NCBI GenBank assembly: GCA_001661245.1
Contig: KV454012.1
Span: forward strand, 340,147 to 404,146
Reading direction: 5' to 3'
DNA from: Pachysolen tannophilus NRRL Y-2460
Taxonomy: Eukaryota
DNA: 64,000 nt
A program made the translations under genes and the position numbers. Positions 44,701 through 55,883 of this stretch are shown here, piece after piece. The notes beneath the pieces are model-generated. The model made no database searches. It was not told the DNA's origin and worked only from the letters and a program-made list of their open reading frames with translations. Position 1 is the stretch's first letter. Every line of letters begins with the position of its first letter.

Positions 44701-45378
44701 ATTTTGAATTTATTATACGCTTGCATTGATATTTTATCTTCAGAAGGTTACTTGAATGCTATCACCGCCATGGATATCTCCCAAATGATAGTTCAAGCTG
44801 TTTGGGATTCCGATCCTCCATTGAAGCAAATTCCGTTTTTCAGTGCTGACATTCTCGAAAGATGTGCCAGCGCAAAAGTTGAAAGTGTTTACGACATCAT
44901 GACTTTGGAAGATGACGAGAGAAACAATATTCTTAAATTATCTGACAGAGAATTATCCAAAGTTGCGGAGTTTGTGAACAACTACCCAAATGTGGATTTA
45001 TCCTACCAATTGGATACTTCAGAACCAATGATAGCGAACGAGGATAGAGAGATTATTGTAACTTTGGAAAGAGACGAAGAAGTAGATGATCTAACAGTTG
45101 TTGCACCACATTATCCATTCAAAAAGTTGGAAAACTGGTGGGTTGTTGTAGGAGATCCGAAGATGAGACAACTTTATGCTATCAAGAGAACTACCATCCC
45201 AGGACAGTCAAAGCAGATAAAGTTAGATTTTTCTATTCCAACTGCAGGTCACCATAAATTATCAATTTGGTGCATGTGTGATTCATATGTTGATGCGGAT
45301 AAAGAACTTTCATTTGAAATTGATGTCGAGGAATCTGAAGACGCAGAGAATAAAAGCGATGCTAATTCAGAAGATTAA
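38743..45378 (+). CDS. BRR2: U5 snRNP Ski2-like RNA helicase
   Basis: YKYDEMSNKVL start, tandem helicase cassettes (APTGGGKT, DEIH, QMLGRAGRP) and two Sec63 units; first ATG at 38743. Confidence 0.98.
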   Translation: MSDKKIQQYKYDEMSNKVLRADKRLMDDPKARAERDINSVPESLVGKISVKDMGSRAHASKPEISEEEKKKFATRNKSRINNKNDSNSKKVKSQRYNGNANLFDIESLNYVPKTAENQLIYDELLSWSSNQLDNDASQDVIRSLTDLILEVLYDENLTDINKKLKCEELLEHPLNGNDFQEALSLSKQITDYRFNEDSAVNGNEEQGIAVVFDEDDDNEDEMIDEGEDDDEGEEEEEDDDDHDDDNDNDEHKQLLEPEEEVVEVTNHDNFEKNSVEQETKLVKIENSSKNSTNNQHDLKSLLGIQSIDKFWLTRELSSIFKNYDSYKNAELAKKIFILLDDTVSGKIDTRILENELMELLEFEHFDFIENLMKNYNVIYYGIRLSSLDKEEDKVLVFQEIEKKGLNHLVEEYTGKLTEIRGKRNEPETLEVISEDHVVKKRKLEQQIVNKRQPRLVDLDALVFDEGSHLRTSSTLKLPKGAYKLPKKYEEIHIPAPEPPAFAEDERLIPIKELDEWIQPVFPEAETATLNRIQSKVYPTAFRTDENILLCAPTGGGKTNVAMLAILRTLSNYRDKDTGKIDLNGFKIVYIAPLKALVQEQVREFQRRLSQFGIVVNELSGDSNLTKQQISTTQILVTTPEKWDVITRKMSDGSYVNLVRLIIIDEIHLLHDERGPVLESIVARTIRNTDSDSNEEPVRLIGLSATLPNYQDVAMFLRVDQNKGLFYFDATYRPCPLSQQFVGINEKRALKRYQANNEVCYEKILESVSEGNQVIVFVHSRKDTFKTAKWIRDKLLENNQLNKLLKSDSGSIEILKQESENCKDSGLKDLLPTGFALHHAGLNRSDRSLSEDLFAAGYIQVLVSTSTLAWGVNLPAHTVIIKGTNVYSPEKGTWVELSAQDILQMLGRAGRPRYDKSGEGIIITSQDEIQYYLAILNQQLPIESQMMGKLVNSLNAEVVLGNVKSRDDCVDWLGYTYLFVRMLHSPVLYHVGPEYKDDKLLTEKREDLVHSALTILDKNKLIIYDANTGSITSTELGKIASYYYISYESMNLYNQQLKFFSSPIDILRIFAQSGEFKYIPVRQEEKMEVSKLLEKAPIPIKEAAADPLAKINVLLQSYISRLKLDGFALVADMVYIVQSAGRLLRAIYEIALKKKWSALTRTLLNLSKMVDKRMWLSNSPFRQFPNVPYEIIRKTENSQMPWSHYFNLSDPAEMSQAIRSEKYGRTAFELLKSFPRLTMAATAQPITPSLLRVELEVLPEWDWNVEIHGYAESFLLLVEDCNGENILFNDTFLVRKNYINQEHVLEFTVPILEPLQPNYFISLISERWLHCEAKIPLRFGRLKVPKKFPAPTQLLNLQLTPVTDLKIKEFENVFGFEYFNKFQTQAFQSLYNSNENVLIGMSKGSGKTVCAELSLLNHWKQSKGRAVYISPSQEKIGYTYKDWKKRFSGIAGGKLVDKLTGELTQDLKILENSHLILSTPQQFDTISRRWKYRKNIQQIGLFIIDDCHTIGNGYAGTVYEVIISRMRFIHARLENDLRIVGLTTSLANGKDFAEWIGVSKNNLFNFSSKERINPLEIRLQSFDIHHNPSLILSMIRPIFQAVAPYSEGESNVTIFVPSRKHCVEISAEFVKSANSHDIDFLKTDLESIEPFLVKISDAALKESLTNGIGYYYKDMLPGDKSTVEKLFNAGVLSILFATRETCFTCPVANFVVVLSTQYYEGKEHRYIDYPINELLEMIGTSVADEGGSAKCLILTNSSKRDYYKKFLNEPLPVESHLNIFLHDALINEITTKTVNSRQDCIDWLTFSYFYRRLQFNPSFYGVENTSHLGISEYLSELIENTLKDLVDAKLVEVEDDEEEEEEEEEENKDDEESEAKVEIVALNGAMIAAYYNISFISMQTFTLSLTNKTKLKGLLEIITSASELEAIPVRKHEDEILSKIYNRLPIKSSNPNYESPFFKSFILLQAHFSRIHLPHDLVSDQKFILEKILNLLYACIDILSSEGYLNAITAMDISQMIVQAVWDSDPPLKQIPFFSADILERCASAKVESVYDIMTLEDDERNNILKLSDRELSKVAEFVNNYPNVDLSYQLDTSEPMIANEDREIIVTLERDEEVDDLTVVAPHYPFKKLENWWVVVGDPKMRQLYAIKRTTIPGQSKQIKLDFSIPTAGHHKLSIWCMCDSYVDADKELSFEIDVEESEDAENKSDANSED

Positions 45379-45605
45379 AGTAGATAGTCATTCATATATA
45401 TATATATATATATTGTATTATAGCTTTGTAAATTTATGTTTAGTTGTTGTATATTAACTTCTGTCAACTGGTATTATATCGGGTTAGTAAATAAATCTTC
45501 ATCATATAAGAATACAAATACAAGTATTTTTGCTTACTAAATGATTTGATCAATTATCTCATCAGTCTATAAAACTCTTTTCATTACTTGATTCATAGAT
45601 ATTCA

Positions 45606-48018
45606 ATGAAGTAAGTGGTTTTTGTAGATGTATAGCAACTTGTATTAGGAATTTTTTGGCTTACTGACATTATTAATTTATAGATTTTTCATAGATGATT
45701 TACCAGTTTTATTCCCATACCCAAGAATATATCCAGAGCAATATGCTTATATGTCGGATATAAAGAAGACTTTGGATGTTGGGGGGAATTGTATATTAGA
45801 AATGCCTTCGGGTACTGGTAAGACTATTTCGTTGTTATGTCTTACTGTAGCATATCAGATGTTTTATCCTGAACATAGAAAAATCATATATTGTTCTCGT
45901 ACTATGTCGGAGATTGAAAAAGCATTGATTGAATTGAATTCTTTAATGGAATATAGAACGAAAGAATTAGGTTATAAAGAAGACTTTAGAGGTTTAGGTT
46001 TAACCTCACGTAAAAATTTATGTTTGCATCCTGTTGTATCAAAGGAAAGAAAAGGTGTTGTTGTTGATGAAAAATGTAGAAGAATGACAAATGGACAAAA
46101 TAAAGCTAAAAGAGAAGCTGGAGAAGAAACTAATATTGATTTATGTTCATTTCATGAGAAATTATATGAAAAAGATCCTCATAATTTAATTCCTCCTGGA
46201 GTTTACTCGTTTGATTCTTTGGTGAATTATTGTCAAAAGGAAGGAACTTGTCCATATTTTACCGTTCGTCGTATGATGCCGCTTTGTAATATCATTATTT
46301 ATTCTTATCATTATTTATTGGATCCTAAAATTGCTCAAAGAGTTTCAAAAGAATTATCAAAGGATAGTATAGTAATTTTTGACGAGTCACATAATATTGA
46401 TAATGTTTGTATTGAATCTTTATCTATAGATTTAACAGATGATATCTTGAAAAAAGCTTCTAGAGGTGCTAATAGTTTAAGTAAAAAAATAGAAGAAGTG
46501 AAAAGAACAGATAGTAAGAAATTACAAGATGAATATGAAAATTTGGTTAAGGGATTAAGAGAAGCAGAAATTGCTAGGGATGAAGAATTATTTTTAGCAA
46601 ATCCTGTCTTACCAGAAGATTTATTGGATGAAGCTATTCCTGGAAATATAAGAAGAGCTGAACATTTTGTTTCGTTTTTGAAAAGGTTTATTGAATATTT
46701 GAAGATGAGAATGAAAGTTTTACATGTTATATCAGAAACTCCAACATCTTTTTTACAGCATTTAAAACAATTAACATTTATTGAAAGGAAACCTTTAAGA
46801 TTTTGTTCGGAAAGATTAGCATTATTAGTTCGAACATTGGAAGTTGAAGATATTGAAGATTTTATGTCTTTAAAAGATATTGCAACATTTGCTACATTAG
46901 TTTCTACGTATGAGACTGGATTTCAATTAATTTTGGAACCTTTTGAAACGGAGAATGCTACTGTTCCAAATCCTATTTTACATTTTGCATGTTTGGATGC
47001 TTCTATTGCGATGAAACCTGTCTTTGATAGATTTTCATCAGTTATTATTACTTCTGGTACGATATCTCCTTTGGATATGTATCCTAAGATGCTTAATTTT
47101 GAAACTGTTATTCAAGAATCTTATACAATGACATTAGCAAGAAGATCTTTTTTACCAATGATTGTTACAAAAGGTTCAGATCAAGTTTCTATTTCTTCAC
47201 GTTTTGAAATCAGAAATGATCCAAGTGTTGTTAGGAATTATGGTACTTTATTGATAGAATTTGCCAAGATTACTCCTGATGGAATGGTTGTATTTTTCCC
47301 ATCATATCTTTATATGGAAAGTATTATATCTGCATGGCAAAACATGGGTATATTGGATGAAGTTTGGAAATATAAATTAATTTTAGTTGAGACACCGGAT
47401 GCACAAGAAACCGCTAGAGCTTTGGAGACATATAGAACTGCATGTTCTAATGGGAGAGGGGCAGTGTTGTTATCAGTTGCTCGTGGTAAAGTCTCGGAAG
47501 GTATTGATTTTGATCATCATTATGGAAGAACTGTATTAATGATTGGTATTCCTTTCCAATATACGGAATCAAGAATTTTAAAAGCTAGATTAGAATTTTT
47601 AAGAGATCAATATCAAATCAGAGAGAATGATTTTTTATCCTTTGATGCAATGAGACATGCTGCTCAATGTTTAGGTAGAGTTTTAAGAGGTAAAGATGAT
47701 TATGGTGTGATGGTATTAGCAGATAGAAGATTTGCTAGAAAAAAAAATCAACTACCAAAATGGATAGCCCAGGCCTTATCCGATGCAGATACAAACTTAT
47801 CCACCGATATGGCCATTGCCAGTGCCAAGAAGTTCTTGAGAACTATGGCCCAACCTACCGATCCAAAAGATCAAGAAGGTATATCTGTTTGGGATATTGA
47901 ACAATTAAAAAATTATCAAAAGGGACAGAGAATGCTTGATTTCGAGGATAACGAGTTTGAAGAAGATGAGGATATGGTCTTGACAAAAGAAGAAGAAGAA
48001 GCATTAGCTAAATTATAG
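45606..48018 (+). CDS. RAD3: TFIIH/NER DNA helicase XPD; exons 45606-45610 and 45684-48018
   Basis: ATG AA|GTAAGT...TACTGAC...TAG|A TTT restores MKFFIDDLPVLFPYPRIYPEQY; EMPSGTGKT, Fe-S cysteines, VARGKVSEGIDF. Confidence 0.97.
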
Positions 48019-48106
48019 GCACAATATATATATCATATATCTAGTTTGTTTTTTTTTTGTCAATAAAAAATGAAAATTCAAAAATATAAAAAAAAAAAAA
48101 AAAAAA

Positions 48107-48388
48107 TAGCAGTTGTACTAACACACATCTTAGCTCTTTTATTTTTTCCCTAATAATAAGAGAAGCCAACGAGGTGTAATCCAGACCGCCTTCCCACGGG
48201 TAGTGTACTGTGCTGGATTGCTCCCCTTCAGTGGTGGCACTACTCATTGCCGGAATTAGATATCTAGATTACTCATAGAACCTAGATTCCTACCGCGAAA
48301 ATCGAACTGGGCACCTACAAGTTGTAAATAAAAGAGACTAGAAAGTTACGAAAACGTCGCTAACACTTCCGCCAAAGGCCATTACAGC
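48107..48388 (-). ncRNA. SCR1: Signal recognition particle RNA (7SL/SCR1), about 280 nt; ends accurate to a few nt
   Basis: Minus strand starts GCTGTAATGGC (fungal Alu UGUNR motif), has GCGGAAGTGTTA pairing with 3' TAGTACAACTGC and CTCTTTTAT with ATAAAAGAG, an internal B-box-like GTTCGA, a helix-8-like GAAGG-GGAGCAATCC-AGCA, and ends in a long T run (Pol III terminator). Confidence 0.9.
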
Positions 48389-48797
48389 AAGGGATTTTTG
48401 CTAAAAATAATTTACATACCAAAACAGATAAAACACACGTAAAAAAAAAACAACACACACACATACACATAAAAATTCCAGGGTTCAAAAGGTGCCTCTA
48501 AGTGTACTACCTCCTAGGGCTTTCCCTATAACTCCCGCCGCCTTATGCTTGCCTCGAGGCTCTCGAAACCCTTTTTTTTTTTGGTTTTTTGTTGTTTTTT
48601 TTTAATAAAAAAAAATTTTTTTCACCCCTTTTCGAATCTAGATCTGTCTCACATAAGTGACGAAAAGTAAACAAAACACGAACCTTTTCTGTAATAGGGA
48701 AAAATCCAAATTAACACTTGTTTTAGAAATGTAGCGGTATTTGTTCAATTAAACTAATTTATATTTCTTTCGTTACATAGATGTATAACATATATTC

Positions 48798-48830
<33 letters not shown>

Positions 48831-49050
48831 AATCTATATGTTGATATATTTTATTTCGGATGATAAGATTATTTGCTATATTGATGTTTAAATTTTTTTA
48901 AAAAAGAGTAGGAACTTTATACAGTCCATAATTGATTTAGGAGTTTCTTTGTTTGTTTTAATTGTTTTCTATCTTCATATACCATTGAACAAAGCAATTT
49001 TTGTTAACTTTTTTTTTATTTTTTTTCTATTTTTTGCTATTTTGTGAAAA

Positions 49051-50589
49051 ATGAACCTTTTCTCTGGGAAGTCCAATTGGGCATGGGAAATAGATGAAAA
49101 TACATTTGATGTTATTGATGTGGATTTTTTCACTAATCATAAATTTTCAACAGTGATCAATTATATCCTTTTTTTATTTTTTTTAATTTTAAAAATTGCA
49201 TTTATAGGTTCAGATATCTATACTGCAATCAAATTAATTGTTTTCGATAAATGGTCTTCAGATATTACTCCATTCATTTCATATGATATCTGTCGTTGGA
49301 TTTTTATTGGATGTATCTTACTTTCAGTTTTATTAATTGTTTGGAACTTCATTTATGGATTAAAAGTATATTATACAAGAAATATTTCATTAACTTATAT
49401 TAATCCTATTGCTAGAAATATTTATTGTTTAAGATCTTATAAATATTTTTGTGTTTATAACGAAATAACTTCAGATAATTTTTTCAGTGGATTAGTCTTT
49501 TTCACCTATTTTAAATTAAGAAATTGTTTAGGTTTAATTTGTTGTGATTCTCCAAGACAAATAATTAATTTAATTACAATTATTAAAATTTTAAAATTTG
49601 ATTCAAGTATGGTCTCAGTAATTAAAAATATTGCTGCTACAAATAAGACAGAAGCAATTATATTATCATTAATGACTTTTTCATTTATTATTTGGTTTAT
49701 TTTCTTTATTGAATTTGTTTATGCTATATTATTTTTTTTGCCAATATATTATAGAGTGGTTTATAAATTGAAATTTAAATATGGATTAAAACAATATTGT
49801 TGCATAAAGATTAATGAAGTTATACAAAATAAAATCCAAATACGGCATTCTCATTCATTAGATGATATTAAAAAGGAAAATGCAACAATTTATCCAAGAT
49901 TACCAGAAGTTGGGACACTTGGAACCCTTGAAACACCATTCTCAAAATTTCCATCAACTTCATTTCAAGATACTTCATCATGTTCTGGTTCAACTTTTGT
50001 TGATGAAAGACTGTCATCAGAAAGAAAAAATATCACATCAGATAAAAGAATTAATCCCTTTGATGATGATGTTGATTTTGATGATGAATCTAATTATCGT
50101 GGTATTAAAACACATCAAAAAACCGATTATATTATTGATATAAGTTCAAGTCAAAATAGTTTTAAAAATCCTTACCCTTATAGATTACAAGATTCTTCTT
50201 CATCATTTTCAGTATTGAAACCTCCTCTGCCAACATTTCCTTATAATGGTAATAGCAGTAATAAAAAATTTTATAACTTGGAACAACTGTCGGCTAGCTC
50301 ATTATCGCTTACTGACAGTTCTAACAATACTCCATTTAAAAACCAATCAACAGATCGTTTTTTCTCAAGTGGTTATTCAGCTTCATCTAGGAGAAATATA
50401 TCAGCCGATGAATTATCAATCCCACCAAGATCAACATCCAATAATTTTTATGCAAGTAATGTTAGTTTGAAAAAAGGCAGTGAACGTTACTATACAAGAG
50501 AAATTAGTAATAATTCACTTGATAGTTTAGACAGTTATGTTTCTTCTAAAAAACCAACAAGGAATAAAAATCCATTTAATGGAAATTAA
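49051..50589 (+). CDS. Kch1/Prm6-family low-affinity potassium transporter
   Basis: FDVIDV.FF, SDIYTAIKL..F..WS...P.I, WIFIGCILLS, NISLTYIN, SPRQIIN; TM N-terminal half and Ser-rich tail. Confidence 0.8.
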   Translation: MNLFSGKSNWAWEIDENTFDVIDVDFFTNHKFSTVINYILFLFFLILKIAFIGSDIYTAIKLIVFDKWSSDITPFISYDICRWIFIGCILLSVLLIVWNFIYGLKVYYTRNISLTYINPIARNIYCLRSYKYFCVYNEITSDNFFSGLVFFTYFKLRNCLGLICCDSPRQIINLITIIKILKFDSSMVSVIKNIAATNKTEAIILSLMTFSFIIWFIFFIEFVYAILFFLPIYYRVVYKLKFKYGLKQYCCIKINEVIQNKIQIRHSHSLDDIKKENATIYPRLPEVGTLGTLETPFSKFPSTSFQDTSSCSGSTFVDERLSSERKNITSDKRINPFDDDVDFDDESNYRGIKTHQKTDYIIDISSSQNSFKNPYPYRLQDSSSSFSVLKPPLPTFPYNGNSSNKKFYNLEQLSASSLSLTDSSNNTPFKNQSTDRFFSSGYSASSRRNISADELSIPPRSTSNNFYASNVSLKKGSERYYTREISNNSLDSLDSYVSSKKPTRNKNPFNGN

Positions 50590-50977
50590 TAAGTTTTTCT
50601 TTTTTTTGATTTTGGAGTATTCATCGTTTGAGCATTAATTAAGATTTTTCATTGTCCATTTTTCATTTTTCATTTTTCATTTTCATTTTCATTTTCATTT
50701 TTTTTTTGTTTCTGCTTTTTTCTTTAAACCATTTTGCATAGCTTTTTTTTTTCTTTCCTATACTTATTCTTCTTCCTCGAGTGATTAATCTAATACAAGT
50801 CCTAGTTGATTTGATATAGTTCTTTTCGTAGTTATTTAAAGCCGTTTGTATATAGTGATGCACGACTGATGTTAATTTTTTTTTATTTTTATTTTTTCTT
50901 TTTTGTTTTTTTAACTATATGACGATGAGATTAAAATATTTTTATCTTTAAAGATATATTTGAAGAAATAAGAGACC

Positions 50978-51823
50978 ATGAATAATTTAATCAACTATAC
51001 CAGTAGTAGCGATGGGGAAGAAGAGAACATTTTGGATAAGAAAATTGAATTACCTAAACCAAATTTCATGAATCAGGGGCCCAGTGGTAGTGGTAGTAAC
51101 GGTGGTAGTGGTGGTGATAGTAATGATAGTAATAATAATAAAGTAACCGCTACTAATAGAGTATTGGGAGGTGGATTGAAAAACACCTTTATTGATTCGC
51201 TGGTTTCTTTTGATACCGATAATATAGTATTGAAAGAGTCAGATGTGAAAATAACTGATTTCGTTCCATCGAGCATGAGAAAGAAAAAGAAAGGAGTCAT
51301 CATACAAAAAACAGATGAAAAATTGCATGAGGATAAGAAACCAACAACAGAGTTAGATTTAAAGTTGGATTTATTTGGTGATACAAGTAAAAATAATACA
51401 AAGAGAAGAACTGATTTTGCCAAATTACTGCCATCAGTAGCATCTATAAATTATGGTAAACCAAATATAGAATCATCATCGTCTATACAACACGAAACGC
51501 ACAAAGAAAAAAAAGAAGAGATTAATTTTTCAGTTACAACTTCAAAAGACTCAAGAAAAAGGCAAAAAATAGATGAGTCCAAATTAATCGATTTTAACGT
51601 GGATAAGTTTTATGAAAAAAACAATGAACTGATCAATAAAGGTGAATTAAGCTTTGAAGATTTACAAAGACAAAATAAAAAATTAAAATTTTATAACTCA
51701 AGTGGTAAAAACCAGTTGAACGAGTTGATCAAATTTAACGAACAAAACACAGATAAGCTTAGTGATAAGTTCAACACAGAAAGATCTTTGAAGCAAAAAA
51801 TAGGTAAAAAATATGGGTTCTAA
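50978..51823 (+). CDS. PRCC-family nuclear protein
   Basis: N-terminal LINYTSSSD, DFNVDKFY..N, GKNQL..L and C-terminal KYGF typical of PRCC-like proteins. Confidence 0.7.
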   Translation: MNNLINYTSSSDGEEENILDKKIELPKPNFMNQGPSGSGSNGGSGGDSNDSNNNKVTATNRVLGGGLKNTFIDSLVSFDTDNIVLKESDVKITDFVPSSMRKKKKGVIIQKTDEKLHEDKKPTTELDLKLDLFGDTSKNNTKRRTDFAKLLPSVASINYGKPNIESSSSIQHETHKEKKEEINFSVTTSKDSRKRQKIDESKLIDFNVDKFYEKNNELINKGELSFEDLQRQNKKLKFYNSSGKNQLNELIKFNEQNTDKLSDKFNTERSLKQKIGKKYGF

Positions 51824-52032
51824 TAGAAATGAAAAAGAAAATAAAAATAACACAACAGTATTTAATTCTTCCAGTTAGCGGTACTAAACATTTATATTTC
51901 CCATAGTGGATCATATACAAATATATAGTACCTATATATTTGTCGTGTATTTTATTACAAAAATGTCTGTTGCGTCGACATATACCGCTACGCTTATTGT
52001 TTATATATAATACCGTATTTATAAATTTACAC

Positions 52033-52063
52033 GATAAGCGAAAAAAGAAAAAAAACTGATAAG
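52033..52063 (+). promoter_or_regulatory. Paired GATAAG (Gln3/Gat1-type) sites upstream of the amino acid permease
   Basis: GATAAG at 52033 and 52058, with further GATAA cores downstream. Confidence 0.55.
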
Positions 52064-52517
52064 AAAATTTCCTAATTACGTCCTTTCATAATCTTGCAGA
52101 AAATAGTTGTTCTCTTGGGGGAAAAAATAAACGAAATTTTTATAGTTTTCCCGCCTATTTTTTCATTTTTTTTAATATAATGCCCAATGTAAAATTATTC
52201 AATTTAAACCTGATTGCCGACTTCCTGATAATAAAGACAAATAATTCTTGCGTTACATGTAATAATTTTTTATGCATTTTCTTTTTTTTTTTTTTTGCGC
52301 CCTGACTTATTCAGATCTCTGTTTGGACTTGAGCTATCTCTGCTTCAACCCAAATAAGATAAATAGAGTTCCCAGATTTGAAATTTAAGATCTCCTGAAT
52401 ATATAATTACTTTGGAAGTCTTGTCTTTGTCTTTTATTTTTTTTTTTCTTTTGGAGTCTGGCTTACTCAAAGAAATAGAATAAATATAAAAAGTTAGACT
52501 AAGAAAGAACTAAGAAT

Positions 52518-54308
52518 ATGTCAGCAGCATTGGCAGATTTGGTGAGTTCTTCTTCAAGAAGAATCTATGATGAAAAACATGAAAATTCATCAAGTCAAGT
52601 CAAAGATGACACAGTAACGGTGAATATTGGTGAAGTTGAGTCTCTTGATCAATTCCAGAAAGAAAATAAAACTCAGAAAGGGTTGGAACAAAGACATATC
52701 CAATTGTTAGCTTTAGGTGGTTGTATTGGTACTGTAAGTATGAATCCAAATAATATATAAATTTTTTTTCCAAAAAAAATTACTAATAAAAAAAACAAAT
52801 TTGTAAAATTATAGGGTCTTTTCGTTGGTTCTGGATCCGCTCTTTCAACATGTGGACCTGCTGCACTTTTAATAAGTTATATGATTATGTCCTTTTTTGT
52901 TTGGTCAGTTATGCAACAGATAACTGAAATGGTAACATGGTTACCTTTACCTGGAAGATCAACAATGTCTTACTTAGCTGCAAGATATTGTGATGATTCG
53001 TTATCTTTTTGTGTTGGTTGGAATTATTACTATGCTTTTTCAATGATAGCTCCAGCAGAAGTTTCTGCTGCGGCTTTTGTCATACAATATTGGAGTTCGC
53101 TTAATGTTGCAGTTTGGATTAGTATAATGTTAGTTCTTATGTTAGCTTTAAATTTTGCTCCTGTTAAATATTTTGGTGAATCTGAATTTTGGATTGCAAC
53201 TATCAAATTATTTGCAGTCACTGGTTTAATTATTGTTGGTATTGTTATCTTTTTTGGAGGTGCTCCAAAATCTGATGGTGTTTTAGGTTTCCATTATTGG
53301 AAACATCCAGGTGCTTACGTTGAACATTTAGCTGACGGCAACACAGGTAAATTCTTGGCATGCTGGACTGCTATCATTAAATCAGGGTTTTCATTTGTCT
53401 TATCACCGGAGTTAATTACTACAGCAATTCTGGAATCGAAAAATCCAAGATATTCATTACCAAAAGCATCAAATAGATTTATTTACAGATTAATGTTTTT
53501 CTACATTGGAGGAACTTTAACTATTGGTGTTATTTGTGCTTCTAATGATAGTAGATTAATGAGCGCAATTGATTCTGGTTCATCTAGTGCTGCTGCAAGT
53601 CCATTTGTTATTGGTATTCAAAATTTTGGTATTCCAGTCTTAAACCATATTATCAACGCTTGTATCTTAACATCTGCTTTTAGCTGTGGTAACTCATTTA
53701 TCTATTCTTCAAGTAGAATCTTGTATTCAATGGCATTAGAAGGTAAACATGCTCCTAGGTTTTTTGCGAAGACAAATAGGCATGGTGTTCCATATATTGC
53801 AGTTATAATTGGAGGTGGTTGGATCTCATTAGCTTATTTAGAAGTTTCAGATTCTTCCTCTGTTGTATTTACTTGGTTATCAAATATTGCTACAATTTCT
53901 GGATTTTTTGGTTGGATTTTTTCATCAATTATCTATTTAAGATTTAGAAAAGCAATGATTTTCCATGGAACATACGATAAAAATCCTTTCAAGGCAAATC
54001 TACAACCTTATTGTGCTTATTTAACCCTTGGATTTTTCTCTATTTTGGCCTTAACTAATGGTTATGCCGTTTTTATTAAAGGTAATTGGAGTACAAGTGA
54101 TTTTTTCGCTGCTTATGTTACAGTTGGATTTGTATTTGTCTTATATTTTGGTCACAAATTATATACAAGAAATTGGAAAAGATGGTACATACCTGTTGAA
54201 GAAATCGATGTTTTCACCGGCTTGGACGAAGTAGAAGCTGAAGCAGCTTCCTACAAGAGAAGAGACCCAAAAAATATCATTGAAAAGTTTTGGTTTTGGT
54301 TGGTTTAA
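52518..54308 (+). CDS. Yeast amino acid transporter (YAT/APC family, Put4/Agp2-like); exons 52518-52733 and 52815-54308
   Basis: LEQRHIQLLALGGCIGT|GLFVGSG across a GTAAGT...TACTAAT...TAG intron; FGESEFW, LGFHYWKHPG, SPFVI, SSRILYSMA. Confidence 0.93.
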
Positions 54309-54344
54309 AAAAGCTATATAAAAAAAAAAAAATAAAAAAAAAAA

Positions 54345-55883
54345 AAAAAAACAAAAAAAAGAAAGCTTCAGCCTACAGTGTATTTCTAGAGTTGAGTTCC
54401 TTTTACTTTTTATCTTTCAGTTCTTTCTTCTTTTCTTTTTCTTTTTATTTACTTTTCTTTTCACTATCTTATACACACAATATTTTCAATTTATTTCAAT
54501 CTCTTTTCTTTTACTTTGATATTACGAGTTTAATAACTAGCTGATTAGTACAACATTTTATTGGAACATTATACATACATACATACATACCGTAGTAGTA
54601 GTAATAATAATAGTAATATAGTAATAGTACATAGTCGTGTGGCATGTGCTCATGATCACTATAGGAAATCCTTCGTTTTCAACGCTTTAACTTTAACGGA
54701 AAGAGATCATCATCAACAAAAGAAAAACAGTTGATAAGACAATCAATTGAAATTGAATGAAGTCAAACAAGTAATAACAAAATAGAAAAAAAAAAAAAAC
54801 TGAGAAAGAAGAGAGAAAGGAAATAATTAGAAAACAATATTAGTACTCTATACCCGTATCATCATCTCAATAATCAAACATACAGTACTTATAAAATAAA
54901 ATATTTCATCAGAAAAATAAATAGATTCCCCATGATTGATAACCTTACTATAGCCCTGCAGTTACCCTGAAATCCAACTGTTTTTCTTGGGTGAAGAGAT
55001 CAAAAACATTAGAAAAACGAAAAACAAAAAAAAAAAAAAAAANNNNNNNNNNNNNNNNNNNNNNNNNNNNNNNNNNNNNNNNNNNNNNNNNNNNNNNNNN
55101 NNNNNNNNNNNNNNNNNNNNNNNNNNNNNNNNNNNNNNNNNNNNNNNNNNNNNNNNNNNNNNNNNNNNNNNNNNNNNNNNNNNNNNNAAAAAAACAAAAA
55201 AAGAAAGCTTCAGCCTACAGTGTATTTCTAGAGTTGAGTTCCTTTTTACTTTTTATCTTTCAGTTCTTTCTTCTTTTCTTTTTCTTTTATTTACTTTTCT
55301 TTTCACTATCTTATACACACAATATTTTCAATTTATTTCAATCTCTTTTCTTTTACTTTGATATTACGAGTTTAATAACTAGCTGATTAGTACAACATTT
55401 TATTGGAACATTATACATACATACATACATACCGTAGTAGTAGTAATAATAATAGTAATAATAGTAATAGTAACAATAGTCGTGTGCATGTGCTCATGAT
55501 CACTAATTAGGAAATCCTTCGTTTTCAACGCTTTAACTTTAACGGAAAGAGATCATCATCAACAAAAGAAAAACAGTTGATAAGACAATCAATTGAAATT
55601 GAATGAAGTCAAACAAGTAATAACAAAATAGAAAAAAAAAAACTGAGAAAGAAGAGAGAAAGGAAATAATTAGAAAACAATATTAGTACTCTATACCCGT
55701 ATCATCATCTCAATAATCAAACATACAGTACTTATAAAATAAAATATTTCATCAGAAAAATAAATAGATTCCCCATGATTGATAACCTTACTATAGCCCT
55801 GCAGTTACCCTGAAATCCAACTGTTTTTCTTGGGTGAAGAGATCAAAAACATTAGAAAAACGAAAAACAAAAAAAAAAAAAAA
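54345..55883. repeat. Near-identical ~700 bp direct duplication flanking an N-gap (about 54345-55042 and 55188-55883); probable assembly overlap
   Basis: GAAAGCTTCAGCCTACAGTG...CATTAGAAAAACGAAAAAC present on both sides of the gap with small indels. Confidence 0.88.

Noticed and set aside
48041..48247. 68-aa minus-strand ORF
   Set aside because: It overlaps the SRP RNA and its T-run terminator; no protein features.
54345..55883. 700-bp direct repeat as a mobile element or segmental duplication
   Set aside because: Same gap-flanking pattern; best explained as unmerged contig ends.
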